In this document: positions 1-9,722 of the stretch, in pieces
How the letters are laid out: every line of letters starts with the position of its first letter
Numbering within the stretch: the stretch's first letter is position 1
Assembly: GCA_963587105.1 (NCBI GenBank)
Contig: CAVACS010000003.1
Location: 1-34,504, forward strand
Length of the DNA stretch: 34,504 nt
Source of the DNA: Anaerovoracaceae bacterium
GTDB lineage: Bacteria; Spirochaetota; Spirochaetia; Sphaerochaetales; Sphaerochaetaceae
Direction: 5' to 3'
Position numbers and translations under genes: made by a program
Notes under the pieces: generated by a model
What the model was told of the DNA's origin: nothing
Seen by the model: only the letters and a program-made list of their open reading frames with translations
Databases searched by the model: none

Positions 1-185
1 CACGGCTTCTTTTTTAAATCCACCTTCGTTCGTATCTTGAATTGACAGAAGCTCTTTCTACAAGCTTCTTATCTTCTCTTCCCTTCGCTGATAAATCAAA
101 AAAACAACGCACTCGTTATTTCCGCGTGCCTTAGTAATCTACTTTTTTTCACCCTCTCTTGTCAACAAGGATTGAAGATATTTTT

Positions 186-989
186 TCAATTATTTTCTTC
201 ACTCTCATTCCCGTCGTCTTCGTCGACGAGGGCATTGACGACTTCCACCCATCCGTCACCGCTTGAGAGGGTTGTTATGAAACGTGGAAGAACTGAAAAG
301 CCGTCCCGCCTCTCCTCGACGGTGTGCATGCCGATGCTGAAGGGTATGTAGTCGAAGAGCGGCTGGTCATTGAACGAGTCGCCGAGATAGATGCTGCGGG
401 GAAGAAAGTCATTCTCGCTGAGCGAGAGGCATTTCTCCATGAAGAACTTCAGCGCCGACTTCTTGTCGTATGATCCGAACCATGCATTTATGTGTATGGA
501 ACTCTCCGCACTCGATGCACCGAAGAGATTGAGGATATTTCTCAGCGCCCGGATCTCGCTCTGTGTCATCATCGTCTTGTCGTATGCGATATCGAAGACG
601 CGCGCACACTGGTCCGACGAAAAAGGATACGGCGAGGTATATTCTATGAGCTTATGTCTCTTCGTCATCACCTCATCCTTCTTTATAACGGGATTGATGA
701 TGCTCGAGATTCCCCCGTTGCTGTCATGGCAGAGCATCACAGCCCCGCTCTCGCAGATCACGGCATCGACGGGCCACTGCCTTATATAGCCGTCGCTCCA
801 GCCCGTGCTTCCTCCGGTTACGAGGATGATCGTGCGTCCGCTCATCTTGAGGCGGTACATGGCATCGAGCACAAGAGGATAGAGCTTGCCGTTCTTCGTG
901 ATTGTATCGTCGACGTCGCTTATGACGTACTCTATGTTCTTCTTCTCCTCGTCTGTAAAACCGGGAAACGGAAGACCTGTTCCCTTCAT
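186..989 (-). CDS. HAD-superfamily hydrolase, subfamily IIB-like (Cof/sugar-phosphatase type); candidate lipid-phosphate phosphatase
   Basis: Lies within ORF 186..1274. HAD motif I is 'SDVDDTIT' and motif IV is 'GDSFNDQPLF'. I placed the start at the internal ATG at 989 (MKGTGLPF...), because the upstream 95 codons of the ORF merely overlap the pgsA frame. This ATG overlaps the pgsA stop as ATGA (986-989). Confidence 0.75.
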   Translation of the reverse strand: MKGTGLPFPGFTDEEKKNIEYVISDVDDTITKNGKLYPLVLDAMYRLKMSGRTIILVTGGSTGWSDGYIRQWPVDAVICESGAVMLCHDSNGGISSIINPVIKKDEVMTKRHKLIEYTSPYPFSSDQCARVFDIAYDKTMMTQSEIRALRNILNLFGASSAESSIHINAWFGSYDKKSALKFFMEKCLSLSENDFLPRSIYLGDSFNDQPLFDYIPFSIGMHTVEERRDGFSVLPRFITTLSSGDGWVEVVNALVDEDDGNESEENN

Positions 990-1573
990 CTCGTCATCCC
1001 CGAAAGAACGCCGCTTTTGAGTACACTTCTTATATATATTATAAAGCTCATCACTGATGCTGCGGCGGAGAGGGAGAAGAAGACGTAGAGAAGCGTCGAA
1101 TAGACGGCGAGGTCTATCGTCGAGAACGTCTCGAGTGCAAGGTAGATGAAGCTCATGAGCGTCGTTAATGCATAGAGCACAGTCTTCGCCTTGCCGAAGA
1201 TGTTTGCCGGCATTGCCTTTCCCGCATACTTTGCAAGAAGCATCCTTATAAAGAGGATGGAGAACTCCCTCCACATTATGAGGATAAATGCCCAGAGCGG
1301 CATTATCGAGAGGGAGAGGAATGTGACGAAGTACGTTATGTGTGTAAGCGTATCTGCAAAGGGATCCATAACCTTCCCCAGGTCGGTGACAAGTCCCCGC
1401 TTTCGTGCGATCTTTCCGTCGAGGAGGTCCGAGAGCTCCGCCACTATATAGATTATCAGCATGATGACCATTGCCGGCGCCTTGAGGGAGGTATACTCTC
1501 CGACTAGAAATACTATGAAGAACAGCGGAACGAGAACAAGTCTTGTCACTGTGAGTTTATTTGGTAGATTCAT
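986..1573 (-). CDS. pgsA: CDP-diacylglycerol--glycerol-3-phosphate 3-phosphatidyltransferase (CDP-alcohol phosphatidyltransferase family)
   Basis: 195-aa polytopic membrane protein. It carries an exact CDP-alcohol phosphatidyltransferase signature, D-x2-D-G-x2-A-R-x8-G-x3-D-x3-D, in 'DLLDGKIARKRGLVTDLGKVMDPFAD'. Confidence 0.85.
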   Translation of the reverse strand: MNLPNKLTVTRLVLVPLFFIVFLVGEYTSLKAPAMVIMLIIYIVAELSDLLDGKIARKRGLVTDLGKVMDPFADTLTHITYFVTFLSLSIMPLWAFILIMWREFSILFIRMLLAKYAGKAMPANIFGKAKTVLYALTTLMSFIYLALETFSTIDLAVYSTLLYVFFSLSAAASVMSFIIYIRSVLKSGVLSGMTR

Positions 1574-1593
1574 TATTCTTTTTCCTTATTCCG

Positions 1594-3087
1594 TCAAAGA
1601 TATAACCGGGTGAACTTTTCTTCAAGATATCTCGTGAAGGGCTCTGCGGTAAGAGGTCTGCTGCAGACTCTCATGACAAGGTCCGCCGGCTGGTAGACTG
1701 CGCCCCAGTGCCAGATGTTTCTGTCGGCCCAGGATGTGATGAGGGAGAAGTTTCCCGCTTTGAGAGCCTCTCTGACATTCTTCTCTCCGCAGTCCTCATA
1801 GAGCTTTTCAAGGAACATGGCAGAGTAGAGATTGCCCAGGGCATATGTCGGGAAGTAGCCGAAGCTTCCGCCCGCCCAGTGGCTGTCCTGCAGGCATCCT
1901 TCGCTGTCGCTCTTCACTTCATAGCGGATTATCTCACGGCTGAGGCTGTTCCAGGCATCCGGAAGATCGGAGGGAGAGAGCGAGCCGCTGATGAGGGCTT
2001 TCTCAAGTCTGTAACGGAGGATTATGTGGAGCGTGTATGTAAGCTCGTCGGCATTGACACGGATTGCCGAAGGACGGGGATAGTTCAAAGCAGATACGAA
2101 AGCGTCCAGCGACACCTCCTCAAGCTGCGGCATACAGCTCTGGAGAGACGGATAGAAGTACTCCCAGAATTCGTGCGAGTGCCCCATCATGTTCTCCCAG
2201 AAGCGTGACTGGGATTCGTGGATTCCCATGCTTGTTCCCGCTGAAAGCGATGTGCCCCTTATCTCGCTGTTGAGAGCTGCATGCATCTCGTAGAGGGCGT
2301 GCCCGGCCTCATGGATTATCGAGAAGATCGGGTCGGTGACGCTTTCATCTGTGAATCTGTTCGATATCCTCACGTCGTCAGAGCCGAGCGTCGTCGTGAA
2401 GGGATGTGCGACAACTCCGATGGTGCCGCGGCTGAAATCGAAGCCCATCCTGGCGGCGACATGGGAGCAGAACTCCTCTTCCTTCTTTGCATCATAGGGA
2501 GCCGTGAGAAACGATGTATCGACACTCGTTTCTTCAAGTCTGTCCATTATCGAATGAATCGATTTTTCAAGAGGATCGAAAAGAGCATCGATTTTCTCCT
2601 CTGTCATACCCCTTTCATAGAGGTCGAGCAGCGTGTCATATGTGCCGTCACCTATACAGGAAGCCGTCTCTCTGTTGAGCTCGATTATCCTCTCCAGCGA
2701 TGGCTGGAAAATCGAGTAGTCGTTCTTCTCTTTCGCCTCAAGCCATCTGCCGTGCGCCTTTGCAGTCGCTTGGCTCAGTTCCTTTACAAGACGGGAAGGC
2801 GTCTTCGAGCTGAACTCCGTCTCCCTCTTCCATTCCCTCACGAGTGCCTTGTCGGCATCAGAGAGACTCTCCGTATTGACGGAGTCGACAGCCTCCCTGA
2901 GACGCTCGTCAGTCCTGGTCTCATGTATGAGGAGTGCGATGAGCGACATCTGCTCAGCCCTCTCGTCCCCCGCCTTCTCCGGCATGACCGTCTCCATATC
3001 CCATGAGAGAATGCCGTTTATGTGGGAAAGCGTCGTTATGTATCTGTCCTTCTGCTTAAGGTAATCCAGTGCTTCTGTACTTGTCAT
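1594..3087 (-). CDS. M32 family (Taq-like) metallocarboxypeptidase
   Basis: 497 aa. HExxH motif 'HEAGHALYE', plus 'HPF', 'IHESQSRFWEN' and 'IRVNADELTY', which are typical of carboxypeptidase Taq/M32. Confidence 0.9.
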   Translation of the reverse strand: MTSTEALDYLKQKDRYITTLSHINGILSWDMETVMPEKAGDERAEQMSLIALLIHETRTDERLREAVDSVNTESLSDADKALVREWKRETEFSSKTPSRLVKELSQATAKAHGRWLEAKEKNDYSIFQPSLERIIELNRETASCIGDGTYDTLLDLYERGMTEEKIDALFDPLEKSIHSIMDRLEETSVDTSFLTAPYDAKKEEEFCSHVAARMGFDFSRGTIGVVAHPFTTTLGSDDVRISNRFTDESVTDPIFSIIHEAGHALYEMHAALNSEIRGTSLSAGTSMGIHESQSRFWENMMGHSHEFWEYFYPSLQSCMPQLEEVSLDAFVSALNYPRPSAIRVNADELTYTLHIILRYRLEKALISGSLSPSDLPDAWNSLSREIIRYEVKSDSEGCLQDSHWAGGSFGYFPTYALGNLYSAMFLEKLYEDCGEKNVREALKAGNFSLITSWADRNIWHWGAVYQPADLVMRVCSRPLTAEPFTRYLEEKFTRLYL

Positions 3088-3096
3088 TTTACCACC

Positions 3097-3128
3097 AAGA
3101 GGGGCATCCCGTACGGAACACCCCTCTT
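3097..3128. other. GC-rich intergenic hairpin between the thrS stop and the M32 carboxypeptidase start
   Basis: AAGAGGGG (3097-3104) pairs with CCCCTCTT (3121-3128), an 8-bp stem. The loop contains the palindrome CCGTACGG. No U-tract follows on the minus (transcribed) strand, so it is not a classic terminator. It abuts the GGTGG Shine-Dalgarno of the downstream gene. Confidence 0.5.
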
Positions 3129-3144
3129 TATCCTGTCTTTTGTT

Positions 3145-4881
3145 TTAAATCTGTTCCTTCCTGTCGACTGTCTCGTGGACACTCTTTACGAAGTCATCGA
3201 TGGGGAGGAAGTTCTCCTGTCTTCCGTTTCTGTATCTTACGGAGACAAGACCTCCGTCCCTTTCCTTCTCGCCGAGAATCAGCATGTAGGGAGTCTTCAT
3301 CTTCTGGGCCTTTCTGATCTTTGCATTCATTCTGTCATCCGAAAGATCGACAGCAACTCTGAAGCCTTCTTCTCTGAGCCTCTTTTCGACGCTCCGAGCA
3401 TATTCGTAAGCTGTCTCGCCGACAGGGATGATGGCGATCTGGTCGGGGCTGAGCCATGGCGGGAATGCACCGGCATAGTGTTCGATGAGAACGCCGAAGA
3501 ATCTTTCGATGGACCCCAGAAGTGCTCTGTGGATCATGTACGGTCTCTTCTCGACGCCGTCTCTGTCGACGAATGTCATTCCGAAGCGCTCGGGGAGGTT
3601 GAAGTCGAACTGTACAGTCGAGAGCTGCCACTCCCTTCCGATTGCATCCTTGATCTTGAGGTCGATCTTCGGGCCGTAGAATGCTCCGCCGCCTTCGTCG
3701 ATATCGTACTGGAGTCCTTCCTTCTCGACAGCCTTCTTCAATGCCTCCGTTGCGGCATCCCACTTCTCCACTTCGCCCACGCTCTTCTCGGGCTTTGTCG
3801 AGATATATGCATGAATGTCCTTGAAGCCGAAGGAATGAAGCATATGGAGCGAGAAACGCAGAACCTCCATGATCTCGTCATCCATCTGATCGGGTGTGAC
3901 GAAGAGATGTGCATCGTCCTGTGTAAAGCCCCTTACTCTCATCAGGCCGTGCAGAGAGCCCGCCTTCTCATATCTGTAGACGGTGCCGAGCTCGGCCCAG
4001 CGGAACGGCAGATCACGGTAGCTGCGCTTGCTGTTCTGATAGATCATTATGTGGAACGGGCAGTTCATCGGCTTTACGTAGTAGTCAGTGTTGTCCATCT
4101 CCATGGGAGGATACATGCCGTCCTTGTAGAAGCCGAGATGTCCCGAGGTCTCCCAGAGCCAGCTCTTTCCGACATGCGGTGTATAGACCATCTCATAGCC
4201 GTTCTTGTAGTGTTCCTCTCTCCAGAACTGCTCGATGACCTGTCTCACCCTGGCTCCCCTGGGATGCCAGTAGACAAGGCCCGGGCCTGCTTCCTCATGC
4301 AGTGAGAAGAGATCGAGTTCCTTTCCGAGCTTTCTGTGGTCTCTCTTCTCGACATCGGCAAGGTGATCCATATAAGCCTTGAGGTCTGCCTTGCTCGCCC
4401 ATGCCGTTCCGTAGATACGTGTGAGCATCTTGTTCTTCTCGCTTCCCCTCCAGTATGCACCGGCAATCGAGAGGAGCTTGAAGCCGTCTGCACAGAGTTC
4501 CTTTGTGTTGGAGACGTGCGGTCCGCGGCAGAGGTCGGTGAAAGCCCCCTGGCTGTAGATGGTGACTGTCTCTCCCTCGGGGATAGCATCCAGAAGCTCG
4601 AGTTTGTACTTCTGGTTCTTGAAGATCTCCCTCGCCTCTTCTCTTGAGACCTCCTTTCTCACGAAATCCCTGCCCTCGTTGATGATCTTTCTCATGTTCT
4701 TCGTGATTGTTTCCAGATCATCATCCGTCAGGGGGCGCGGAAGGTCGAAATCATAATAGAACCCGTTCTCGATCGACGGTCCGATGGCGATCTCGGCATC
4801 GGGGAACATCATGAGGACGGCCTCAGCCATGACGTGAGCCGTCGAATGACGCAGTGTGCTCAGATCAATTTCTTTTGCCAT
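3145..4881 (-). CDS. thrS: Threonine--tRNA ligase, short form without the N-terminal TGS domain
   Basis: 578 aa. The editing-domain motifs 'RHSTAH' (already at residue 11) and 'CRGPH' are present, followed by a class II catalytic core and a C-terminal anticodon-binding domain. It is preceded by a T-box leader with a Thr (ACC) specifier. Confidence 0.95.
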   Translation of the reverse strand: MAKEIDLSTLRHSTAHVMAEAVLMMFPDAEIAIGPSIENGFYYDFDLPRPLTDDDLETITKNMRKIINEGRDFVRKEVSREEAREIFKNQKYKLELLDAIPEGETVTIYSQGAFTDLCRGPHVSNTKELCADGFKLLSIAGAYWRGSEKNKMLTRIYGTAWASKADLKAYMDHLADVEKRDHRKLGKELDLFSLHEEAGPGLVYWHPRGARVRQVIEQFWREEHYKNGYEMVYTPHVGKSWLWETSGHLGFYKDGMYPPMEMDNTDYYVKPMNCPFHIMIYQNSKRSYRDLPFRWAELGTVYRYEKAGSLHGLMRVRGFTQDDAHLFVTPDQMDDEIMEVLRFSLHMLHSFGFKDIHAYISTKPEKSVGEVEKWDAATEALKKAVEKEGLQYDIDEGGGAFYGPKIDLKIKDAIGREWQLSTVQFDFNLPERFGMTFVDRDGVEKRPYMIHRALLGSIERFFGVLIEHYAGAFPPWLSPDQIAIIPVGETAYEYARSVEKRLREEGFRVAVDLSDDRMNAKIRKAQKMKTPYMLILGEKERDGGLVSVRYRNGRQENFLPIDDFVKSVHETVDRKEQI

Positions 4882-4894
4882 ACCTTTTCTCTCC

Positions 4895-4965
4895 TATAAA
4901 AGTGAAGCCTTTACAGCCATCACCCTTACACTTCTTCCGTGCAAGGACGAAGCTGTAAAGGCTCC
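4895..4965 (-). terminator. Intrinsic terminator of the thrS T-box leader
   Basis: On the minus strand, GGAGCCTTTACAGC (4952-4965) pairs with GCTGTAAAGGCTTC (4904-4917), a near-perfect 14-bp stem, and is followed by ACTTTTATA. The 5' arm is shared with the T-box antiterminator sequence. Confidence 0.7.
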
Positions 4966-5175
4966 GCGGTTCCACCTTGCTTCCCTTTTTTACAAAAGGA
5001 CGCTCTGAATGAAGTTGACGCCTGTCTTACGGCTCCCCATACTCGGTTTCCCTTTGAGGAGAGCGACTCCAGAGTGGTTTTCATCATCCGTCTCCGGGGC
5101 GTCTCACACCTGCCTTACGGCAGACCCCCCTCTCTATGGAGCATCAATGACTACTCGTCTCTTTCACGGTCGTTA
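4895..5175 (-). promoter_or_regulatory. T-box riboswitch leader (tRNA-Thr sensing) upstream of thrS
   Basis: On the minus strand, the T-box sequence AAGCAAGGTGGAACCGCGG (complement of 4964-4980 and flanks) matches the consensus AAnnnGGGTGGTACCGCG. It overlaps the 5' arm of a terminator hairpin. The upstream Stem-I-like region carries AGAGA and AGTA elements and a specifier-loop-like 'GAAAACCAC', with ACC (Thr) at 5076-5078. Confidence 0.75.
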
Positions 5176-5180
5176 GGTGA

Positions 5181-5209
5181 ATGATATATACTTCGACTCA
5201 AGTAATCAA
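5181..5209 (-). promoter_or_regulatory. Putative sigma70-type promoter for the thrS leader
   Basis: On the minus strand: TTGATT (5204-5209), a 17-nt spacer, then TATCAT (5181-5186). It lies just downstream of the rex stop. Confidence 0.35.
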
Positions 5210-5217
5210 GTGCCGGC

Positions 5218-5889
5218 CTATTCGATGTAATCGATATAGGAGCCTCCCTGCCCGAACATCTTTCTCATCTTGACGGAAAGCACTGCAAATGATGTCGCGA
5301 GGTCCGTTCTCTGCATGACGACGTCAGAGGGGATCTTGAGATCCTTGGGCGCGAAGTTCCATATGCCCTTTATGCCGCACAGAACGAGAGTGTCCGCAAC
5401 GCTCTGCGCACTTGATGCGGGAACGGTTATGACGGCAATCTTTATTCCTGATGACTCGATGAAACTCTTCAGCTCATCCATGGGTTTGACTGTGAGAGAG
5501 CCGACCTTTGTTCCGATCTTACCCGGGTCGTTGTCGAAGACCGCGACGATGCTGAGACCGTAGGCTGCAAAGCCTTCATACATGCTGATGGCCTTTCCGA
5601 GATTACCTACACCGACTATCAGGGCCTCTGTGGAGTTGTCCCATCCGAGGGAGCGTGTTATGTACTCGATAAGCTCCGTGACGATGAATCCGACCTTCGG
5701 CTTACCTTCGATTCCCGTATATGAGATATCCTTTCTGACCTGTATGGGCTTGAGCCCCAGCTCGTCGGCAAGGACTGTTGCGCTTACGTATTCCATACCC
5801 TCGCTCTGACACTGTCTGAGAATCCTCAGATAGGACGGAAACCTCTTGACGGTCGGGATCGGGACGATGATCTTCTCTTCCTCTGACAT
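5218..5889 (-). CDS. rex: Redox-sensing transcriptional repressor Rex
   Basis: 223 aa. N-terminal wHTH ('TVKRFPSYLRILR...SATVLADELG') and a Rossmann NAD(H)-binding domain ('ALIVGVGNLGKAI'). It starts 3 nt after the ispH stop. Confidence 0.9.
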   Translation of the reverse strand: MSEEEKIIVPIPTVKRFPSYLRILRQCQSEGMEYVSATVLADELGLKPIQVRKDISYTGIEGKPKVGFIVTELIEYITRSLGWDNSTEALIVGVGNLGKAISMYEGFAAYGLSIVAVFDNDPGKIGTKVGSLTVKPMDELKSFIESSGIKIAVITVPASSAQSVADTLVLCGIKGIWNFAPKDLKIPSDVVMQRTDLATSFAVLSVKMRKMFGQGGSYIDYIE

Positions 5890-5892
5890 AAA

Positions 5893-6783
5893 CTATTCCT
5901 CCAGTTTTTCCTTTACTTCCAGAAAAACATCTTCACTCGTGCTTGCACCGGCTGTAAGTCCGACTACAGAAAGAGAGTAGACCTCCCCGGGTATGTAAGC
6001 GGCATCGGGGATGAGAAAGCAGGGTTTTCCGCTTCCCCGGGCTATATCGAAAAGCTCACGGGTGTTGGCACTGCCCCTGTCCCCTACAACGACGAAGCCG
6101 TCCACAGAGGAGAAAAGCGATGTGACGGCATTCCGTCTCTCTCTGGAGGCCGCACAGATGCCGTTGAGCATATTGATACGGATCCCCATACTTTCCGCCT
6201 TCATGAGAAGTTCTTCTGAAAGTTTGGCAGAAAAAGTTGTCTGCACTACACAATTGTACTCAACTTTCGCCAACCTTTCAAAATCCTTTTCTGAAGAAAT
6301 TACAGTGACGCCCTCCTCAGTGCTCCCGATAAGCGTATCGACCTCGCTGTGGCCGTGGTAGCCGAATATGAGAACGGGAAGGGATGATGAGCGCACGAGG
6401 CTCTGGCTCCTGGCGACGACAGGGCACGTCGCGTCGACTATGATGACCTTCCTCTCCTCCAGAATCCGCCTCTCGCTGTCCCTGATTCCGTGTGCCCGTA
6501 TGACGACTACTGCTCCTTCCCCGGCGTCACGGGCATCGTTTATGACGACTGCGCCGTATTCATCGAACGGTCTGCATACCCGCGCATTATGTACAAGACT
6601 GCCGTAGAAACAGAGCTTCCTCTTCTCCCTCTCCGCCCCTCTGAGAGCCGAGGAGGCAAGAGTGACTGCCCTTTCCACTCCGCCGCAGAAACCGTGGGGG
6701 GATGCTGTCAGAACTTTCACTTCAGCGGACTCCTTTCCCGAACCGGAGGTCATACCGGTACAAATATACCCGTGGAAGCCCAC
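5893..6783 (-). CDS. ispH: 4-hydroxy-3-methylbut-2-enyl diphosphate reductase
   Basis: The three cluster-ligand Cys contexts are present: 'GFCGGVERAV', 'DATCPVV' and 'NGICAAS'. The start is uncertain; an alternative Met lies at 6753. Confidence 0.88.
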   Translation of the reverse strand: MGFHGYICTGMTSGSGKESAEVKVLTASPHGFCGGVERAVTLASSALRGAEREKRKLCFYGSLVHNARVCRPFDEYGAVVINDARDAGEGAVVVIRAHGIRDSERRILEERKVIIVDATCPVVARSQSLVRSSSLPVLIFGYHGHSEVDTLIGSTEEGVTVISSEKDFERLAKVEYNCVVQTTFSAKLSEELLMKAESMGIRINMLNGICAASRERRNAVTSLFSSVDGFVVVGDRGSANTRELFDIARGSGKPCFLIPDAAYIPGEVYSLSVVGLTAGASTSEDVFLEVKEKLEE

Positions 6784-6809
6784 GGGTAACAGATAGAGAG
6801 GAGGTCTCC

Positions 6810-7286
6810 TTATTTGACCTCTTCCTTATTTTCGGCAGCCTTTGCAGCCGGTTTCTCGACTACAGGAGCTTCTTCCTTCTTTTCTTCGACAGCGGGAGCT
6901 TCATCCTTTTTCTCCTCGACTGCGGGAGCCTCTTCCTTCTTCTTCTCGTCCTTCTTCGGAGCCGACTTCACACTGTCCTTGCTGACAACGGAGCTGATGG
7001 CCTCCTTGCTGAACTCGATTCTTGCACTGTCATCGACCTTGACGACGACCGTCTTGTCCTTGACTGTGATGATTGTGCCGTGGATACCGCCGATCGTGAC
7101 GACTCTGTCGCCCTTCTTCATTGCCGCGATCATCTCCTTTGCTTCCTTGTCTCTCTTCTTCTGAGGTCTGTAGATAAGGAAATAGAAAATTGCAATGATT
7201 GCAACGAACATTATGATTGTTGATGTCATGCTGGCTGTCGATGAGCCCGATGATGCATCTGCTGACATAAGAATAAGTGAGTTCAT
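6810..7286 (-). CDS. yajC: Preprotein translocase subunit YajC with an extended Lys/Glu/Ala/Pro-rich repetitive C-terminal tail
   Basis: A single TM helix followed by 'YRPQKKRDKEAKEMIAAMKKGDRVVTIGGIHGTI' (the YajC core). The tail is 'EEAPAVEEKKDEAPAVEEKKEEAPVVEK'. Confidence 0.8.
   Translation of the reverse strand: MNSLILMSADASSGSSTASMTSTIIMFVAIIAIFYFLIYRPQKKRDKEAKEMIAAMKKGDRVVTIGGIHGTIITVKDKTVVVKVDDSARIEFSKEAISSVVSKDSVKSAPKKDEKKKEEAPAVEEKKDEAPAVEEKKEEAPVVEKPAAKAAENKEEVK
6856..6945. repeat. 3 x 30-bp in-frame tandem repeat inside the yajC 3' region
   Basis: The cores tcgactacaggagcttcttcc (6856), tcgacagcgggagcttcatcc (6886) and tcgactgcgggagcctcttcc (6916) recur with an exact 30-bp period. 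They encode EEKK[DE]EAP[AV]V repeats. Confidence 0.8.
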
Positions 7287-7315
7287 AGATACCTCTCTTT
7301 TTAACTTCGTTTTAC

Positions 7316-7343
7316 ATTATCATAGTCTCTGAAGCGGGGTCAA
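7316..7343 (-). promoter_or_regulatory. Putative sigma70-type promoter for yajC-ispH-rex
   Basis: On the minus strand: TTGACC (7338-7343), a 16-nt spacer, then GATAAT (7316-7321). It is about 30 nt upstream of the yajC ATG, which has an AGAGAGG Shine-Dalgarno. Confidence 0.4.
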
Positions 7344-7373
7344 CCGAATAAAGACTCATGTATCAAAATACGC

Positions 7374-7401
7374 AAAAAAGGGAGAGGCCGGAGCTTCTCC
7401 C
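7374..7401 (-). terminator. Intrinsic terminator downstream of groEL
   Basis: On the minus strand: GGGAGAAGCTCCGGCCTCTCCC followed by TTTTTT (the A-run at 7374-7379 on the plus strand). Confidence 0.8.
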
Positions 7402-7428
7402 TGTCTGTCCGTTCTGTACGGATGGCTA

Positions 7429-9069
<1,641 letters not shown>

Positions 9070-9157
9070 CTAATTTATTTTCTTTATAAGAAGCGACTTT
9101 CGGTCGCCATAGTGTAAAATAAGCAGAAAGACGGAAATCGGCAAGTGCTGATGTATA

Positions 9158-9640
9158 TTATTCGGAAAAGAGGTCGTCCAGAGTTACACCGCCCTGTATG
9201 ATTTCAGAGTGGCTGTTAGAGAGATATCCGCTGACAGTAACAAGGGTGAAATGTATCCCCTTCTTCGTTCCGGTCTCTTCCAGAAGCCGGTTCCTTTTGT
9301 TCAAAAGGCTTTTCCTCGTCTTCCTTAGTCATCACATATTCCTTCCCGTCCGCCGACCATTTCACTTCGACGATGTTGATGATGTCGTCAGCCCTGTCGA
9401 GAAGAAGATCTATCTGAGCCCCGCCCTCTCCCTCCCAGGATGAGAACCAGCAGTATGCCCCGACAAACATTCCCGATATGAATAGTATTCCGGCGTCTTT
9501 ACTTCATTGAGCCAGTCTCCGCTCGCGAGGGATTTCTGAAGGAAACGGAAGTGAAAGAGTGTCAGAGAATCTACAAGCTTGTAAACGGCGCCGTTGACTC
9601 TCTTTCCGAGAGGAATGTACTCAAAAATCAATGTTTTCAC
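9158..9640 (-). pseudogene. 5'-truncated, twice-frameshifted remnant of an AAA+/DUF234-type ATPase (COG1672-like)
   Basis: Three minus-strand frames carry consecutive C-terminal pieces: 'AVYKLVDSLTLFHFRFL...PEYYSY', then 'FVGAYCW...GGAQIDLLLDRADDIINIVEVKWS...TKEDEEK', then 'LLNKRNRLLEETGTKKGIHFTLVTVSGYLSNSHSEIIQGGVTLDDLFSE*'. The frame switches are near 9470 and 9305. The whole P-loop N-terminal half is absent. Confidence 0.65.
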
Positions 9641-9722
9641 TAAGATTTTGAAAGAATAATAGTGTAAACATGCCTAAAATACGCAGTTTTCACTAAGATT
9701 ATTAATAAATAATAGTGAAAAC
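9633..9722. repeat. AT-rich ~53-bp tandem duplication containing a 9-bp inverted repeat
   Basis: GTTTTCACTAAGATT occurs at 9633-9647 and again at 9686-9700, each followed by a related 'AATAATAGTG(T)AAAC' segment. In copy 2, GTTTTCACT (9686-9694) and AGTGAAAAC (9714-9722) form a perfect 9-bp stem around an AT-only loop. Copy 1 overlaps the first codons of the ATPase remnant. Confidence 0.7.

Noticed and set aside
989-1274. N-terminal extensions in the ORF track: 186..1274, 9816..10922, 21373..23361, 23838..25064 and 17261..18337.
   Set aside because: The extended parts overlap the 3' ends of the upstream genes in another frame and encode Arg/Cys-rich junk. Internal starts give classic ATGA, TGATG or 2-nt junctions. 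In the last case the extension runs through a terminator stem.
3022-4305. Very long antisense ORFs: 3022..4305 (+), 13841..15127 (-), 21623..22750 (+), 28771..30087 (+), 13093..13818 (-), 2281..3006 (+) and 20166..20942 (+).
   Set aside because: Each lies wholly opposite a confidently identified conserved gene (thrS, DUF1846, hydB, ligA, pgi, the M32 peptidase, hydA). Their products are low-complexity, Arg/Leu/Ser/Cys-rich sequences with no motifs. They are shadow ORFs caused by the codon bias of the real genes.
9143-9151. CIRCE-like half-site (AAGTGCTGA) upstream of groEL.
   Set aside because: Only one degenerate half of TTAGCACTC-N9-GAGTGCTAA is present, and no partner lies 9 nt away. It also lies next to the ATPase pseudogene stop. 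It is not a supportable HrcA operator.
9633-9722. Possible CRISPR or other array, suggested by the repeated GTTTTCAC... units.
   Set aside because: There are only two direct copies about 53 bp apart plus one inverted 9-mer. There is no regular repeat-spacer periodicity and there are no cas genes. I treated it as a local duplication or hairpin.
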